Shown one piece after another: positions 61,249-64,000 of a stretch of 64,000 bases of DNA (positions are counted from its first letter, which is position 1; every line of letters starts with the position of its first letter). A program made the position numbers and the translations under genes. Below the pieces are notes generated by a model that saw nothing but the letters and a program-made list of their open reading frames with translations, was not told where the DNA came from and did not search any database. Source of the stretch: Felis catus (Eukaryota); contig NC_058368.1 of the NCBI RefSeq assembly GCF_018350175.1, positions 149,236,001-149,300,000 on the forward strand, given 5' to 3'.

Positions 61249-64000
61249 TCATTTCTGATTTTATTTATTTGAGCCTTCTTTTTTTCCCCTTGTATAGCCT
61301 AGCAAAATGTTTTCAATTTTGTTTATCTTTTCAAAACACCAGCTCTTTAGTTTCATTGATCTTGTCTATTTTTTTTTAGTTTCTATTTCATTTATTTATG
61401 CTCTGATCCTTATTATTTCCCATAATTTCCTATTATTTCTTTATTGACTCTTGGTTGCTCAGTAGGTGTTGTGTAATTGCCACATATTTGTGATTGTTCC
61501 AGTTTTCTTCTTGTAATTGATTTCTAGTTATATACGATTGTTGTCAGAAAAGATACTTAATATGATTTCAGTGTTCTTAAATTTATTGAATCTTGTTTTG
61601 TGAATGACCATGTGATCTATCCTGGAGGATGTTCCATATACACTTGCAAAGAATGTGTATTCTATCTAGTGCTTTGGGATGGAATATTCTACATATATCT
61701 ATTAAGTCCACCTAGTCTTATGTGTTGTTTAAGGCTGATGTTTCCTTATTGATTTTCTATCTAGATGATCTATCCATTGATGTAAATTGAGTATTAAACT
61801 CCATTACTATTATTGTATTGCTCTTTATTTCTCCCTTTAGAAATGTTAATATGCTTTATGTATTTAGGTGCTTGTATGTTGGGTGCATAAACATTTACAA
61901 ATGTTATATTATGTCATATATATCCTCTTGTTGGATTAACCTTTTTAACACTATGTAATGCCTTTGTTTGTCTTTTATTAAAGTCTTTGTTTTAAAGTCT
62001 ATTTTGTCTGATATGATAACACCAGCTTTTTTCTTTTTATTTCCACTTGCATGGAATATATCTTTTTCTCTCCCTTCACTGTCAGTCTATATGTGTTTTT
62101 AGATGTGAACTAAGTCTATTATAGACAGTATATAGATGGGTCTTTTTTTTTTTTTTTAATCCATTCAGCCTTCTATGTCTTTTGATTGGAAAGTTTAGTT
62201 TATTTACACTTAAAATAATTATTGTTTTTATTTTTTTTTAATTATTTATTGTTTTTATTATGGCATGTATTTATTGCCATCTCATTAATTATTTTCTGGT
62301 TGTTTTTGTAGTTCCCCTTTGTTCCTTTCTTCTTCTGCTCTCTTGTGGTTTGATGATTTTCTTCGTGCTGTGTTTAGATTCCTTTATCCTTATCTTTTGG
62401 GTATCTACTGTAAGTTTTTGTTTTGTGGTTCACATATAAGAACATATGTGCATAGCCATCCATCTTAAGTTGTAGCAAGTTAAATTTCAACAGATTCTAA
62501 AACCCCACGTTTTTATCCCCCTTAACATGTTTTATGTGTTACGTATTTTACATCTTTTACTGCTTATTCTAATTATAGTTATTTTTACTACTTCAGTCTT
62601 TTAAACTTCATATTCACTTTATAATTGATTAATCCATTACCTTTACAATACATGTACCTTTTCCAGTGAGATTTTTACTTTCTTATGCTTTCTTGTTATT
62701 AATTAGTGCCTTTTTTTTCAGCTTAAAGAAGTCCCTATAATATTTCTTGTAAGGCCAGTTTAATAGTGATGAACTCTTTTAGCTTTTACTTGTCTGGAAA
62801 ACTCTTTATCTATTTCAAATCTGAATGATAGACTTGCTTAGTAGAGTATTCTTGGTTGAAAGGTTTTCCCTTTAAGCACTTTGAATTGTCATGCCATTCC
62901 TTTCTGGCTTGAGAAATTTCAGCTGAGAAATCTGCTCAGAGCCTCATGGTGTTTCCTTTGTACATAACAATTTGTTTTTTCTCTTGCTGCTCTTGAGATG
63001 CTCTCTTTATTTTTAACTTGTGACATTTTAATTATAATATGTTTTCTCATGACTCCTTGGATTCATCTTATTTGCAGCTCTCTGGGCTTCTAAGATCTGG
63101 TTGTGTTTCCTACCCTACATTAGGGAAGTTTTCAGCCATTGCTTCTTTGAATAAGTTTTCAGCCATTTTTTCTCTCTCTCCTCTCTTTCTCAACCTCTAT
63201 AATACAACTATTATTCTGCTTAATGTTGTCTAGAGGTACCTTATCTTCATTTTTAAAATTCTTTTTGATGGTCTTTTCAATGGGTAAGTTCCATTACTTT
63301 ACTTTCTAGATGATGATCTGTTCTGCTTTTCCAGTCTGCTGTTGAACCCTTGTAGTGTACTTTTCAGTCCAATTATTGTATCCTTAATCTCTGTGACTTC
63401 TGTTTGGTACTCTCTTACATTTCCTGTCTCTTTGTTAATATTCTCACTGTGTTGATCCATTTTTCTCCCAATTTCAGTGAGCTTTCTTTATAAGCATTCC
63501 TTTGAATTCTTTCAAAGTATCTTTGATTTCCCTCAAAGTATCCCATCTGGCTGACTGGATCCAGCTTCTCAGGCAGCAGCTTTTAAAGTCTGCAAATATA
63601 TACAGTCTTGTGGGTTAACAATTGTAAACTTGCTGACCTCCAGACCCGGAGATCTTGAGGTGTCCCTTGGTGACAGTTGCAAAACTTGGGGCTTCAGACA
63701 AGTATACATGTTTCTTTCTGGGAGATATTAGTGAGGTGTGGTGAGGCCAAGGGAGGGCATCTCTCCCAGCCTATGTTCCTGGAGTGTCTCTATGCCTATA
63801 GATATGTGACATATCTAAAGCCTGCCCCTCAGGTTGAAGTTACAGAATAAGCAAATGGGCCTTTATTACAGACAGACTGGGGATGTGTTTCACTGTGCTG
63901 TCTGTGTACTGCCCTGGGTATGGTCACCTGCCCAGAACTATCTTTCCACTTGTTCCAGATGCAAACATCTCTGTCCACCAAAGCCAGGAGATCAAAGGGT

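Larger units (their letters stand above)
58110..64000 (-). mobile_element. Long, older decayed LINE-1 (3' UTR at about 58110, then ORF2, then ORF1/5' region toward the window end)
   Basis: Minus-strand ORF2 remnant (FFTELDQIILKFLWNCKR...LPDFKLSYKA) and L1 3'-UTR and ORF1-like sequence. It carries many stops and deletions, plus inserted SINE and microsatellites. Confidence 0.9.

Overview
Repeat-rich, AT-rich mammalian genomic DNA from a feliform carnivore (cat-like), judged from the many CAN-SINE (SINEC_Fc-type) insertions and carnivore L1/ERV elements. It holds one clear protein-coding gene, which the ORF track misses because both coding exons are under 60 codons: COX7C (+ strand). The ATG is at 40489, the coding exons are 40489-40563 and 41550-41666 (63 aa), a non-coding third exon starts at 42496, and AATAAA lies at 42580. 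The gene sits in a CpG island with ZNF143/THAP11-type, YY1, ETS/GABP and ERR-like motifs. Its second intron lies wholly in the 3' UTR and hosts a box C/D snoRNA (about 42330-42401) that matches, from memory, SNORD138/former miR-3607. The rest is intergenic: about 25 CAN-SINEs, a 5'-truncated feliform L1 (+), a long decayed L1 (-), three ERV solo LTRs with target-site duplications, MaLR/ERVL LTRs, MER20 and MER47-type DNA transposons, L2/MIR remnants and microsatellites. The most interesting points are the snoRNA-hosting 3'-UTR intron with its competing poly(A) and splice signals, and several unusual SINE/LTR structures. I found no convincing wholly new gene system. Repeat family names and orthology calls come from recall of consensus sequences, not from a database search.
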